From positions 13,206,001-13,270,000 of the forward strand of contig NC_043017.1 in assembly GCF_006345805.1 (NCBI RefSeq): a DNA stretch of 64,000 nucleotides. The letters are read 5' to 3'. Origin of the DNA: Octopus sinensis (lineage: Eukaryota). Below, piece after piece: positions 39,468 through 51,700 of the stretch. Numbering within the stretch: the stretch's first letter is position 1; the number at the start of each line of letters is the position of its first letter. Made by a program: the position numbers and the translations under genes. A model generated the notes under the pieces. It was not told where the DNA came from. It did no database searches and saw nothing but the letters and a program-made list of their open reading frames with translations.

Positions 39468-39497
<30 letters not shown>
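39130..39497 (+). mobile_element. Second CR1-type LINE family, 3' fragment with (ATT)n tail
   Basis: NTRGHAYKV..RKHFF-type segment, LRVAEAWNKLP; tail tagtgcacctgagcactgta..(att)n. Confidence 0.85.
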
Positions 39498-39506
<9 letters not shown>

Positions 39507-39895
39507 CATGTCTTCAAGACGTTTTATTAATAAAATCTATAGGTTTTATTACAAAATTTCATTTTTAATTTCCAGGAGTTTATTAGCAGCTAATTTCAAG
39601 ATCTCAGAAAACAAAAATGAGATTGAAATAGGATCAATGGAATATATAAGCAAACTCTAAAACATTTTAATATTTTTGTGTTAAAATGTTACTTTTACAA
39701 GTAAGTGGGCACCATAAGTTTAGAACTTTTGAGAAGATTTTTGAATTATTGATATTTGAAAAGTTTTAAAACCAAAATTCATAACCAATACGTAAATTTG
39801 ATGAAATTAGTCAATTCTTAAAACAGATTATAAAAATTTAATTTAAATCTTTAAATATATCATCAGCATTTTTAACATCCACTTCTCTATGCTTA

Positions 39896-40150
39896 CATTC
39901 CGAAAAGCTCTACCTGCGACGATTTCATCTCAATCGAAGGAGAGGAGCTTTCTCCGTCCGGGTTGCGGATCCGTGGAACAAGCTGCCAGACGAGATGGTG
40001 AAGATGCCGACGACCGCTTTGTTCAAAGCCTCCCTTGACCTCAAGTGGCCTGAACTCTTTACATGAACACCACCCTGTACTTAACTGCATGTCCCCCTAC
40101 ATGGCCTTGCTATTTGCTTTTGAGCCAAATTAACTAACTAACTAACTAAC
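39896..40150 (+). mobile_element. Short 3' copy of the same CR1 LINE as 59755-60915
   Basis: About 4 mismatches against 60662-60915; same (CTAA)n tail. Confidence 0.88.
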
Positions 40151-40342
40151 ATGGGTCAGATGGAATTTGTTGGGGCAGATTTTAGACAATTGGATGCCCT
40201 TTGTGTCATCAGCCCTCACTTGTTTCATAGCAAGGTAATAAGTTCCACATGACCAGACATGTTTTCACAGAAGATTGAAAACAAACAACATCTTTTGCAT
40301 GATGATTATGCATGTTAAGAAACATCATAGGTCAAGACAATG

Positions 40343-40382
<40 letters not shown>

Positions 40383-41454
40383 ATGGTCTTAAATTTTACA
40401 ACCACAAATAAGATCACAAATTTTTTCAAAAGTAGGTGTATAACATCAATCACAGTACTCAACTGCTCAGTTTTAGTAAGTTTGGCTCTCCTCCCAGAAG
40501 TCAATGATTTCATGCAAGCACAGCATCCATCACAGTCCTCCTTGCACCTTCTTAATTCATCAACATTTGCCATTCCACCGTCTGAACTCTTGATTCTTCC
40601 TTCAACTGATTGATGTTATACACCTACTCCTCCCATCAAATTGCTGGCCCTTTTGCTGAAATTGTTTTGTTTAACCTTGAGCAGAAATGACTTGCAGTGT
40701 ATTTGGGATTGTTGTTATATATTGGGATCTAGTTAGATGGAAAATGGTCACTGGAATGAGACAAAAAAGGATAATCCATATTGATCTCATAGGATTATGG
40801 TCTTGAACCAAGTAAACTCCTGTTGACTTGACATTACTCACACATTTCTCACCAATATTTCAAAGACAACTGCGATTCAGTTCCTCACCAAGAACAATGT
40901 CTTAAATCCTGCCATTAGATTTGAACCAGTTGAACTTGGATTTGTTTGTTAACTTGGCAGTCTCTGTTCAGTATAGGTCCAGCCTGTGAGAACCCTGGCA
41001 ATTCTAGGGAGCATTTATCAGTTTTTGAGGAAGCAAATGGCCTGTTGCAAGTGAGGTACACAAGTTCTTCAGGGTGACTGATGCCAATGATCAGCAATTC
41101 TCATTCTTTTCTGTCAAATCTTCTTAGTCACTTTGGGTAGATCTTGATAAAGCTGCTCTTTGGTTAAATAAGCTCTCCATGTAATATTCAAAGTAATTCT
41201 TAACATTCTTGGGTAGCAGCCATATATTTGTTTTTCAACTGGTACCTATTTATTCAACCCCTAGAAGGATGAAACGTACAGTGGTCCTCAGTGGAGTTTG
41301 AACTCAGAACATTAAGAGCCAGAAGAAATATGACTAAGCATTTTGTCTGACATGGTAACAATTCTGCCAGCTACTTACCTTGGTGTAAGAAAAAAAAACC
41401 CCAGTGTCTTGGCCTTCTCAGACTAACCAAGAATTTCTAGAAAGTTATAACATG

Positions 41455-41730
41455 TGGAGGCGCAATGGCCCAGTGGTTAGGGCAGTGGACTCACGGTCAT
41501 AGGATCGCGGTTTCAATTCCCAGACTGGGCATTGTGAGTGTTTATTGAGCAAAAACACCTAAAGCTCCACGAGACTCCAGCAGGGAGTGGTGGTGATCCC
41601 TGCTATACTCTTCCACCACAACTTTCTCTCACTTAGCCAGTGAGGTGGTGTCACTGAAGGCTAAAACAATATGAAGCGCATTGTGACCAGCGATGTGTAG
41701 CAACATCAGATGGCCTGGTCAGTCACATGA
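41455..41730 (+). mobile_element. SINE family 3-related variant
   Basis: Same head, divergent 3' half. Confidence 0.7.
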
Positions 41731-42628
41731 AGTCATAACATATCAAAGCTTAGAACCAATCTAATCAACAGTGTAATCAGAGATTCACAGAGATGAACAC
41801 CTCATTCTATTTAATACTGTTTAGTCAAGCCGATGTATCAGAGAGAGAGAGAGAGAGAGAGAGTGATAAAAAACTTATCATATTGTGAATACATTTGACT
41901 CAATAGCAAACCAGTTTGTGCTAATAGTCATTTTTGGTTCTAAATACATTAGTGCTTTGACTTTTACATGCAGAATGATGAAAAACAATATAAATCTGGA
42001 AACGGGGGCTCATTGAAAATAAAAGGATATAAAAAAAATTTTTTTTAAGGGATATCAAATAATACTGCTTTGGTTCAACTTTTTACTTAACACACCATAA
42101 AATTACCATAATTTCCAGCATACAAGTTGAATTTTTCAGATCAAAATTTACAGCTAAAAGCAGTATGATGACTTAAATACTGAGTCAACTTTGGAGGATC
42201 AAAAGTTCCACATGAAATGCAACAAGATTTGTGAAGATAGAGACTATGTCTGAATGCTTACACTAAATACTACACTGACTTGTTAGCTGGAAAATATGGC
42301 ATGTAATTAAAAATCTACTGAATGGTTCTAAATATATGATGGCTGCCACTGTTTTATTACATAAAATGCTTTGAACTATAAACTTAGTCAAAGCACAACC
42401 TAAACAATAGTAAAAAGAAACAACAATTTAATTACAAGTTTTCAGTTACTTCAAACATATGTTTCACCCTTTAGCATTCAAACCAGTCATATCCAGCCAA
42501 AATAATGTTTTGTCTTCAAACTGACCAAATCCAGCCTCTCGACCCTTATTCTAAAAATAAATATTCACATTATTGAAATCTGAAAGCTACAAGGTAATGT
42601 CTGACTAATTCATATCAATATGAATATA

Positions 42629-42846
42629 TATTTTTCTTTATTGCCCACAAGGGGCTAAACATAGAGGGGACAAACAAGGACAGACAAAGGGATTAAGTCG
42701 ATTACATCGACCCCCAGTACGAAACTGGTACTTTATTTAATCGACCCCAAAAGGATGAAAGGCAAAGTCGACCTCGGCGGGGTTTGAACTTAGAACGTAA
42801 TACCGCTAAGCATTTCGCGCAGCCTGCTAACGTTACTGCCAGCTCA
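42629..42846 (-). mobile_element. SINE family 2 inserted in a piggyBac-type MITE
   Basis: Flanked by ccctttagcattc (42467) and aaagggttaa (about 42880) MITE ends. Confidence 0.8.
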
Positions 42847-43021
42847 AGCATTACATTTGACAGAGAAATGTGAATGTTAAAGGGTTAAACATCTCTACTT
42901 TCAAATACAAAGTCTTTTTTTTTCACATTAGAAATAAGGCTTTCCACAACAAGAGGAAGTTATAACCAATAAAACCATCACTTAGCTAGCACTGAGATTT
43001 GTTTTACCAATGGGATGGATG

Positions 43022-43404
43022 TGGAAGCACTCTGTCGGTTCCGATGACGAGGGTTCCGGTTGATCCGATCAACGGAACAGCCTGCTTGTGAAATTAACGT
43101 GTAAGTGGCTGAGCACTCCACAGACACGTGTACCCTTAACGTAGTTCTCGGGGATATTCAGCGTGACACAGAGAGTGACAAGGCCGGCCCTTTGAAATAC
43201 AGGTACAACAGAAACAGGAAGAAAGAGTGAGAGAAAGTTGTGGTGAAAGAGTACAGCAGGGATCACCACCATCCCCTGCCGGAGCCTCGTGGAGCTTTAG
43301 GTGTCTTCGCTCAATAAACACTCACAACGCCCGATCTGGGAATCGAAACTGCGATCCTATGACCGCGAGTCCGCTGCCCTAACCACTGGGCCATTGCGCC
43401 TCCA
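43022..43404 (-). mobile_element. tRNA-derived SINE family 3, young
   Basis: TSD gttttaccaatg. Confidence 0.9.
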
Positions 43405-44871
43405 CTGTTTTACCAATGCCTAAGTGATGAAAGGCAAAGACCATCCGTCCAAGTAAGATTTAGACATCACAGCAGTGAAACATAAGATATCCAGTTCAGT
43501 CTTGAGCAAATGGTGACACTTTCTGAATGTCATGTCCAATAAAAATATTACTTGACTATTTTTTAATAGTGCGGCCCATCAGATGATGAGCCATGCCTCA
43601 GGCGGTCCACTACTCAAAAAAGGATAACCAATCCCATTCTATATTGTCAACATATTGAGTTGAGCACACATACACACACACACACAAAAAAAAATTGCTC
43701 GACCAGGTAAAAACAACAGCCAAATTTCGACCTGTTGTCTTACAAAAAGGAAGGCTACATTGAACAATGTAATCCCCGACATACAAAAGACAAGATTGTC
43801 ACAAGATACTTATGATAATAGGTTGGCTGAATCACAGCTGACCTGGCACTAAACAAGAACAAAATTCTCAGTCAACTGCAAGTACCCGACACATTTATAA
43901 CAAAGTCAATTCTGTCATCTGAACTGACCCAAATATAACACTGGTATTTTAGAAACAACCCCAAATAGAGGGAATATAAGCAGATTGCAGCAGGAATACA
44001 ACTAAAATTATTGAAAATACAATACCATAAAAGTGTCTGTTTTTAGAATCTACGAGATTTACCAATTCTACAGCCCTATATTCTTCGACAAGTTTCAGTT
44101 ACTTGACTGTGGACATAATGGAGCATCTATTTTGTGGGCATTGGTCATTTGTAGTGACCCAGTACTCTATCTGTGCCAATATTACAGTGAAAGATTGAGG
44201 TTCACCCGAGTTACGTCCCCTCAAGAAGTTACTTCCCTGTAACGGGATCAAATACCCGACGGTAATTTACATTATTATACAAGATATTTTACATGTAGTT
44301 TGGTAATACAAATAAGATAAACAGAACTCAGTACGTGTTTATAGTCTGATGAAGGCTAGCAAGCCAAGACTTCAAAGTTACTGTCACCCTTCCTCTAGCA
44401 AAAATTTAAAAAACGTACTTTACTAAAAAAAAATTTATATTTTAATGTTAAATTTCATTTCTAACAACTCGACATAAACACACACACACATGGTGGGTCA
44501 AAAGTCACACACAAAATAATTTCAATACCCCCCGGAATTGTCAGAGACCTGCTTCAATTATCCTAAAACTGAATAAAATGATGAATACACACATACTTGA
44601 ACATGAACAAAAATGAAAAATAAGGATACCAAATTTTAGCACAAGCCCATCAATTTCAGGGGATGGGTAAGTTGATTACACATACCCCAATGCTCAACTG
44701 ATACTTGTTTTATCGACCCTGAAAGGACGAAGGTTAAGTTGACCTCAGCGGAATTTGAACTCAGAACACAAAGACAGATGAGATCCAGCTAAGCATCTTA
44801 TCCAGCGTGCCAACAATTCTACCAGCTTACAGTCTAATTAATAATAATGATTTCAAATTTAGTCACAAGGC

Positions 44872-45208
44872 CAGCATTTTCAGCCTCGTCTGGCACCTGT
44901 GTCGGTGGCACATGAAAAACACCATCCGAGCGTGGCCGTTCGCCAGCCTCGTCTGGCACCTGTGTTGGTGGCACATAAAAAACACCATCCGAGCGTGGCC
45001 GTTCGCCAGCCTCGTCTGGCACCTGTGTCGGTGGCACATAAAAAGCACCCACTACACTCACGGAGTGGTTGGCGTTAGGAAGGGCATCCAGCTGTAGAAA
45101 CACTGCCAGATCTGACTGGCCTGGTGCAGCCTTCGGGCTTCCCAGACCCCAGTTGAACCGTCCAACCCATGCTAGCATGGAAAGCGGACGTTAAACGGTG
45201 ATGATGAT
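44872..45208 (+). mobile_element. Repeat family 4 with 3 internal tandem units
   Basis: gcctcgtctggcacctgtgt repeated 3 times. Confidence 0.75.
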
Positions 45209-45470
45209 TTCAAATTTTGGCACAAGGCCAGCATTTTCAGGGGAGGGGGTAAGTTGATTACATTGATCCCAGTGCTAAACTGGTACTTATTTTATCAACC
45301 CCGAAAGGATGGAAGGTAAAAAATCAACCTCGGATGAAATACCACTAAACATTTGCCCAGCATGCTAACAATTCTGCCAGCTTGCTGCCTTAATAGCAAT
45401 AACAACAACATAATATAAATAAAATGTCAGGTTTTGGTGTGTGACTTTTGCAACCACCCCTCCCCACTAT

Positions 45471-45852
45471 ACTCTTTTACTTGTTTCAGTCATTTGACTG
45501 CGGCCATGCTGGAGCACCGCCTTTAATTGAGCAACTCGACCCCGGGACTTATTCTTTGTAAACCCAGTACTTATTCTATCGGTCTCTTTTGCCAAACTGC
45601 TAAGTGACGGGGACGTAAACACACCAGCATCAGTTGTCAAGCAATGCTAGGGGGACAAACACAGACACATATATATATACACATATATACGACAGGCTTC
45701 TTTCAGTTTCCGTCTACCAAATCCACTCACTAGGCATTGGTCGGCCCGGGGCTATAGCAGAAGACACTTGCCCAAGATGCCACACAGTGGGACTGAACCT
45801 GGAACCATGTGGTTGGTTAGCAAGCTACTTACCACACAGCCACTCCTGCGCC
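45471..45852 (-). mobile_element. tRNA-derived SINE family 1
   Basis: Full-length reverse copy. Confidence 0.88.
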
Positions 45853-45961
45853 TATATATATATATATATATGTATATTATATAAAAACATATACACACTT
45901 TCCCATCATATGATTGGTAATGTTCAAAACATACTTTTGTCACCACAAGTATTATCAGGAA

Positions 45962-46001
<40 letters not shown>

Positions 46002-46627
46002 GACCTAACTTTTATACAAAATTATGAAATGAATACTACTTTTCAAAAGAAAAGTATTTACTAAAGGCGGTGCTCCAGCATGGCCACAGTCAAATGACTG
46101 AAACAAGTAAAAGAGAGTACTAGTCATTTACTCCTTCATCTCTAGGATTCTCTCTCATGTACTATGTGTGTAGCATTCTGTTACTCAGTGCCAGTCACCA
46201 AGCCTAGTATGTGCACTCTCCTTAACTCTTTCGTATGCAGATTATTTTCTCAAATGTAATGTTTTTTTCATTGACATTGTTTATAATTAATCATGCTTTA
46301 TTTTGTAGCTATAAAGTTTTCATGATGAGATTGTATATTTCTAGAATGGCATTGAAGGGTAAGTGTGATAGGTTGGATCTGACGAGTTAGAACATAAAGC
46401 AGGTAGAATATTTGGGCCAGATATGGCCTGTTTAAATACTAAAGGGTTAACTATGTATCCCTTACTTTCTCCCTTTATCTCCATATGATGTAAAAAGAGG
46501 AAAACAGACAGCTTCTGGCAATGCAGCAAGTTCAATAAAACCTTTACATTTCAAGTGCAAACGCCCATCTTCAGAAGAAAAGAACAGTCTAAGCAAAGTC
46601 CTGTTATACAGAATCCGTTAACCCATT

Positions 46628-46800
46628 CATCATCATCATCATCATCGTTTAACGTCCGTTCTCCATGCTAGCATGGGTTGGACGGTTCGACCGGGAATCT
46701 GGGAAGCCAGAAGGCTGCACCAGGCTCCGGTCTTGTCTGGCAATGTTTCTATAGCTGGATGCCCTTCCTAACGCCAAACACAGCCCTTCCTAACGCCAAA
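46628..46800 (-). mobile_element. Repeat family 4, short
   Basis: Tail portion only. Confidence 0.7.
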
Positions 46801-48738
46801 TTGTATATATATAAATTTGACCAAGGCACTATGCTGTGGGACTGAACCTACAACTATGTAGGTGTAAAGCAATCCTATAATTCACACAGCCATGCCTACA
46901 CCAAGAAACCCAAAACAAAATATGATGAAAAAAAAGAAACAGGGCAAAAAATAATTAAAAAAAGAAAAAAGAAAACAAAATATAAATTCTCCAGATTGTT
47001 TAATATTTTCTAATAATTCATCAATAAATTTTATTTTTTGAAAACTAAAATATTTAGAATCAAAAGGAAAATAGAATGGTGAGTTAACAGAAATAGGAGA
47101 AGTGGAATGTCAGGTGATGGCATGGGGAAATTTAATTCTTGAAAAGGGTTTTCACTCTTTCATTCTGACTCCCATGGGAGAAGTGGAAGGAGGGAACCAA
47201 ATAACGAGGTCTTAAGTGAAATTAATTAACAGAAATCCAGTAATCATGCAATCCTCGTTTGTTAGGATTATATATATTTATAGCCACTGTGGTGAACAAC
47301 TTGCCCTATTCTGTAGAAGGTTTTTTTTTTTTACTGCAGTGGTGGGTTTGAAAGGTTAGGTTTCACATAAGGAAAGAAAATTATAATACTGAGATAATGT
47401 AAAAACAAATCTTCATCAGCTATTTGAATTTAGTTTGGCACTTCTGACAAGAGAAATTTTTTATGAGAGAAATGTTAAACAACTAAAAAAACATAAATGT
47501 ATATACCTGTGCATGCATGGGTTTATACACACATACAAACTTATATATAGAAATATACATGTACACACATATTCATAAACATACTTGCATACAGTTCCAT
47601 GATAATTCCACCTATATACAATTCCATAGAAAAATCATAAATTCAAATAAATTTCTTGTAGGATGCAAAATTTAAGACAGATCTTTTAGAGATACTTGCA
47701 CTATCAGCTTTTATCTGATTATCCAATTCTTGATTTATTTAACTTACTTGTTTTTAGGATAGTTTGCTATTTTTTTAAGCATTTGATTTTTATATCAGTA
47801 ACTGATTGGAAATTTAAACTAGGAATAGAATTTGGTTGGCAGTGAATCAGTTAAAATAGGTCTGGGCTGTGTGATGAAACATTTAAATTTTCGCTAGAGC
47901 TTTGAACTAATGATATTTTTCTTTCGAAATAATATAATTAAAGGCCCGTCTCTGCAGCCAAATATACATGGAAATTTTCAGCCGTTTTAGCCACAACTCT
48001 TGATTTTTGTCCAAATATTTGTCCTGCAGACAGCAAAGATTTCTAAAAAGCAATACACAATGCTGTCGCACTTATATTTCCAAATTCATCTATTTCTGGT
48101 TGGCTGTTTTGCTTTGAATAATCTTGGAGAAAAAACATAGAAAACTGGTAGGAAAGTACAGTAAGGTTTCAGAATTCATTCTTAAGATGAAATATTTTAA
48201 AGCTTTGACATTTCTACCAACCTCCAATATTCTCCATTTGTTTTTTAAATACTTCTGTTGATGTTTATAAAGGAGAAAGAGAGCCAAGTGCAGAAGAGGT
48301 AAAGCAGCTATTCTTATAGAACACTGGAATCTAGAGTGTCTTGCAAAGTCCAATAACAAACAATGTGGTTTTAGCAATGGTTTGAGATCATCTTTAACAT
48401 ACAACCAAATTCATATATACTAGGTGTTGTATTACTAAAAGGTACCCTAACTTAGAACAAACTGTTGCTCTAAAGCAATCCAAATTCTCAGAACAAAATA
48501 GAAAATTTAGAATGATAATTACTCAAAAGTGTGATTTTATTACTTTACAATTGCTTTAATTTTTTCTTTTTGTCTTTTAGCAAATTTTAAAAAATAATCT
48601 GTTTTCAATGAATAGAATTCTCATAGGTGGAACTTCAAAAACACCATACACTCACAACAATTATATATAAATACACTCACACACATACACCTATATATGC
48701 ACACATACAAACACACATTACACATACACAAGTACACA

Positions 48739-51700
48739 CTAACTAATGTTTTCAGCATCGTCTTCAAGACCAAAGATTTCTGGATGAAACTCGAAACAGC
48801 CATACCACTGTAACAAGCTGTCTTTACTGATACTACAATGCAAAGTGTAAGGATTCATCGCATCCTCCCAGGTCTTAGACACCAAAACATCTCCCCAGGT
48901 TGTCGGACCAAAGTACAACATAGACATTCGACTAATGCAGTAATTATGAAACTTTGTCGATATCTGTGGATAGAAGTCTTTTAAGGAAGCAATGCTGGCA
49001 TTTTCTGCGAAATAACGCACATAGGAAGAACATCTTGTTCTACTGAGGGCGTCGACATCTGTAAGGGGAACTGTGAAAACATGATTGTGCGTTTCGGCTG
49101 GTACCGCTTGAGGTTTTATAAGGTAGGGCTTCACAGGCTCAGTGAGGTTTTTCTTATGTTTCATAAGCCACCAGTCAGGTAAGTTGCAGCTCTTAGATGT
49201 GTCTGCCTTCACAACGGCATGTACATTCTTCACTATAATTGATGGCTTCATTTTACCGCCACAGATCATCCCACATGTAGTCATTAATGAGTTGTCATTG
49301 ATGTGCGATAGTTTCAGTGAGATCCCTAGCGGCGCTTTGGGAGTCGTGGTTTCGAAAAATCCGCTTCGGATGTCCATACGCACGGCTTTTGTAATTGTGG
49401 TGATGTTGTTCTCAAGCAGAGATTTGTAGTCGAGAAAAGACGATTCGTGGTGAAAGAACGATGCAAATTCCACCCGACTGATCATGTCATAGATTCTCCA
49501 AACATCTGGGAGACCTGGAAAAGAAGTTTCCAAAATTATAAAGATTATTTTAATTCTAACATAAATAGAGAAAAGGAGATACAAGAGACAATATAAACAC
49601 TTTTTTTGAAAATTGAAAATGTGGCCATGTGTTAAAAAGCTTGCTTCCCAACCACGAGGTTCTAGGTTCAGTACTACAACAAGACACCTTGGACAAGTGT
49701 CTTCTACTATAGCCTCAGGTTGACCAAAGCTTTGCAAGTCCATTTAGTAAATGGAAACTGAAAGAAGCCCATCATGTGTGTGTTTGTTACCCACTACCAC
49801 TCAACAACTGATGTTGGTGTGTTTACATCCCCATGACTTAGTTCGGTGTGTCACCAGCACAGGGACCCTTCTGCATGTCACTGGCAAGGAGGAACTTTTT
49901 GTGCGTCACCAGCATGTGGGGGGGGGGGGAGCTTTAGTGTGTCACCAGTATGGGGGTGGGGGAGAGGGCCTTTAGCACTGGCCATGCCTATGATTTCACT
50001 AAGTTTGATGCATCTTCATAAGCACAGCAAATCACCTGCAGTCTCAGTCACTTGTGAAACTGAATGCCCCGAAGAACATATTTCACCACCTCATCCCATG
50101 TCTTCCTGGGTCTACCTATTAGCTTTACATTTTTTTTTCTCAGCTGGCATGAGTTGTATGTACTTGTTCTGTCTGGTGGACACATTTCCCCATCTGCTAC
50201 AGTCCTTCTCCATCTATTACGAACAGTGGAGGCACAATGGCCCAGTTGTTAGGGCAGCGGACTCGCGGTCGTAGGATCGCTGTTTCGATTCCCAGACCGG
50301 GCGTTGTGAGTGTTTATTGAGCGAAAACATCTAAAGCTCCACGAGGCTCCGGCAAGGATGGTGGTGATCCCTGCTGTACTCTTTCACCACAACTTTCTCT
50401 CACTCTTACTTCCTGTTTCTGTTGTACCTGTATTTCAAAGGGCCGGCCTTGTCACTCTCTGTGTCATGCTGAATATCCCCGAGAACTACGTTAAGGGTAC
50501 ACGTGTCTGTGGAATGCTCAGCCACTTACACGTTAATTTCACGAGCAGGCTGTTCCGTTGATCGGATCAACGGGAACCCTCATCGTCGTAACCGACGGAG
50601 TGCTTCCATTACGAACACAACTAAGAAAAGCATTAACCTACATCGAGTATACCACGTTTTTTGATAAGATCTTTTACAGTTGGAAACTCTTCCTTAACAT
50701 AAACTAGGTATCTTTAATTATGCCACTAGCATTAATAGGGCCATTTGTGTACTGAATTAAGGACTCCCTTACTCTTTTACTAGGTTTCTGTCATTTGACT
50801 GTGGCCATGCTGGAGCACTGCCTTTAGTCAAGCAAATCGACCCCAGGACTTAGTCTTTGTAAGCCTAGTACTTATTCTATCGGTCTCTTTTGCCGAACCG
50901 CTAAGTTACGGGGACGTAAACACACCAGCATCGGTTGTCAAGCGATGTTGGGGGGGGGGAAAGCACAGACACACACACATATATATATATATATACACAC
51001 ACACGCGCACACACATATATACGACGGGCTTCTTTCAGTTTCTGTCTACCAAATCCACTCACAAGGCTTTGGTCGGCCCGAGGCTATAGTAGAAGACACT
51101 TGCCCAAGGTGCCACGCAGTGGGACTGAACCCAGAGCCATGGGGTTGGTAAGCAAGCTACTTACCACACAGCCACTCCTACGCCTATACCTTGTATTAGT
51201 TTTTATTCAGAGTTTACTGTTCCCTTAGTTGGGTTGTCTTTTCTGCAGGCCACAAAACGAGAAACATTAATTTATCCATCCTCATCAGTAAATGCCCATT
51301 ATTCCATGCTGGTATGGGTTGGAATGGTTTGACAAGACTCAGTGAGTTGCAGGGCTGCATCGCATTTCATGTCAGCTTCGGCATGGTTTCTAGTGTGCCG
51401 GGTGCCCTTCTTAACACTTGCCACTTTATAGAGTGTGCTGGGTGCTTTATTCATGCCACCAGAACTATTGAGGTGGCCATGTAACTTGCAAAACAGGAAA
51501 GAACAAGAAGGGGAAAAAATCCTCTCGACTAAATGGGAAGGGAGAGTAATTAGGAGTGGGGAGAGGTGGCTTTATGCAAGGAACAAGCAGAGGCACTTTC
51601 CTAGAGAAGCTAAATGGCGACCCCACAATAACCAAACATAGACATAAAGAAACCCTACTCTCAGTATCATCAAAATATCTTTCCAAGTAACATATTTCTA

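Noticed and set aside
44872-45050. Regularly spaced ~58-bp repeats, superficially CRISPR-like
   Set aside because: Eukaryotic context and contiguous tandem units without unique spacers; they are internal repeats of family 4.
48090-48404. 104-aa ORF downstream of the thioesterase-like gene
   Set aside because: No recognisable domain or splice context; possibly a DNA-transposon fossil.
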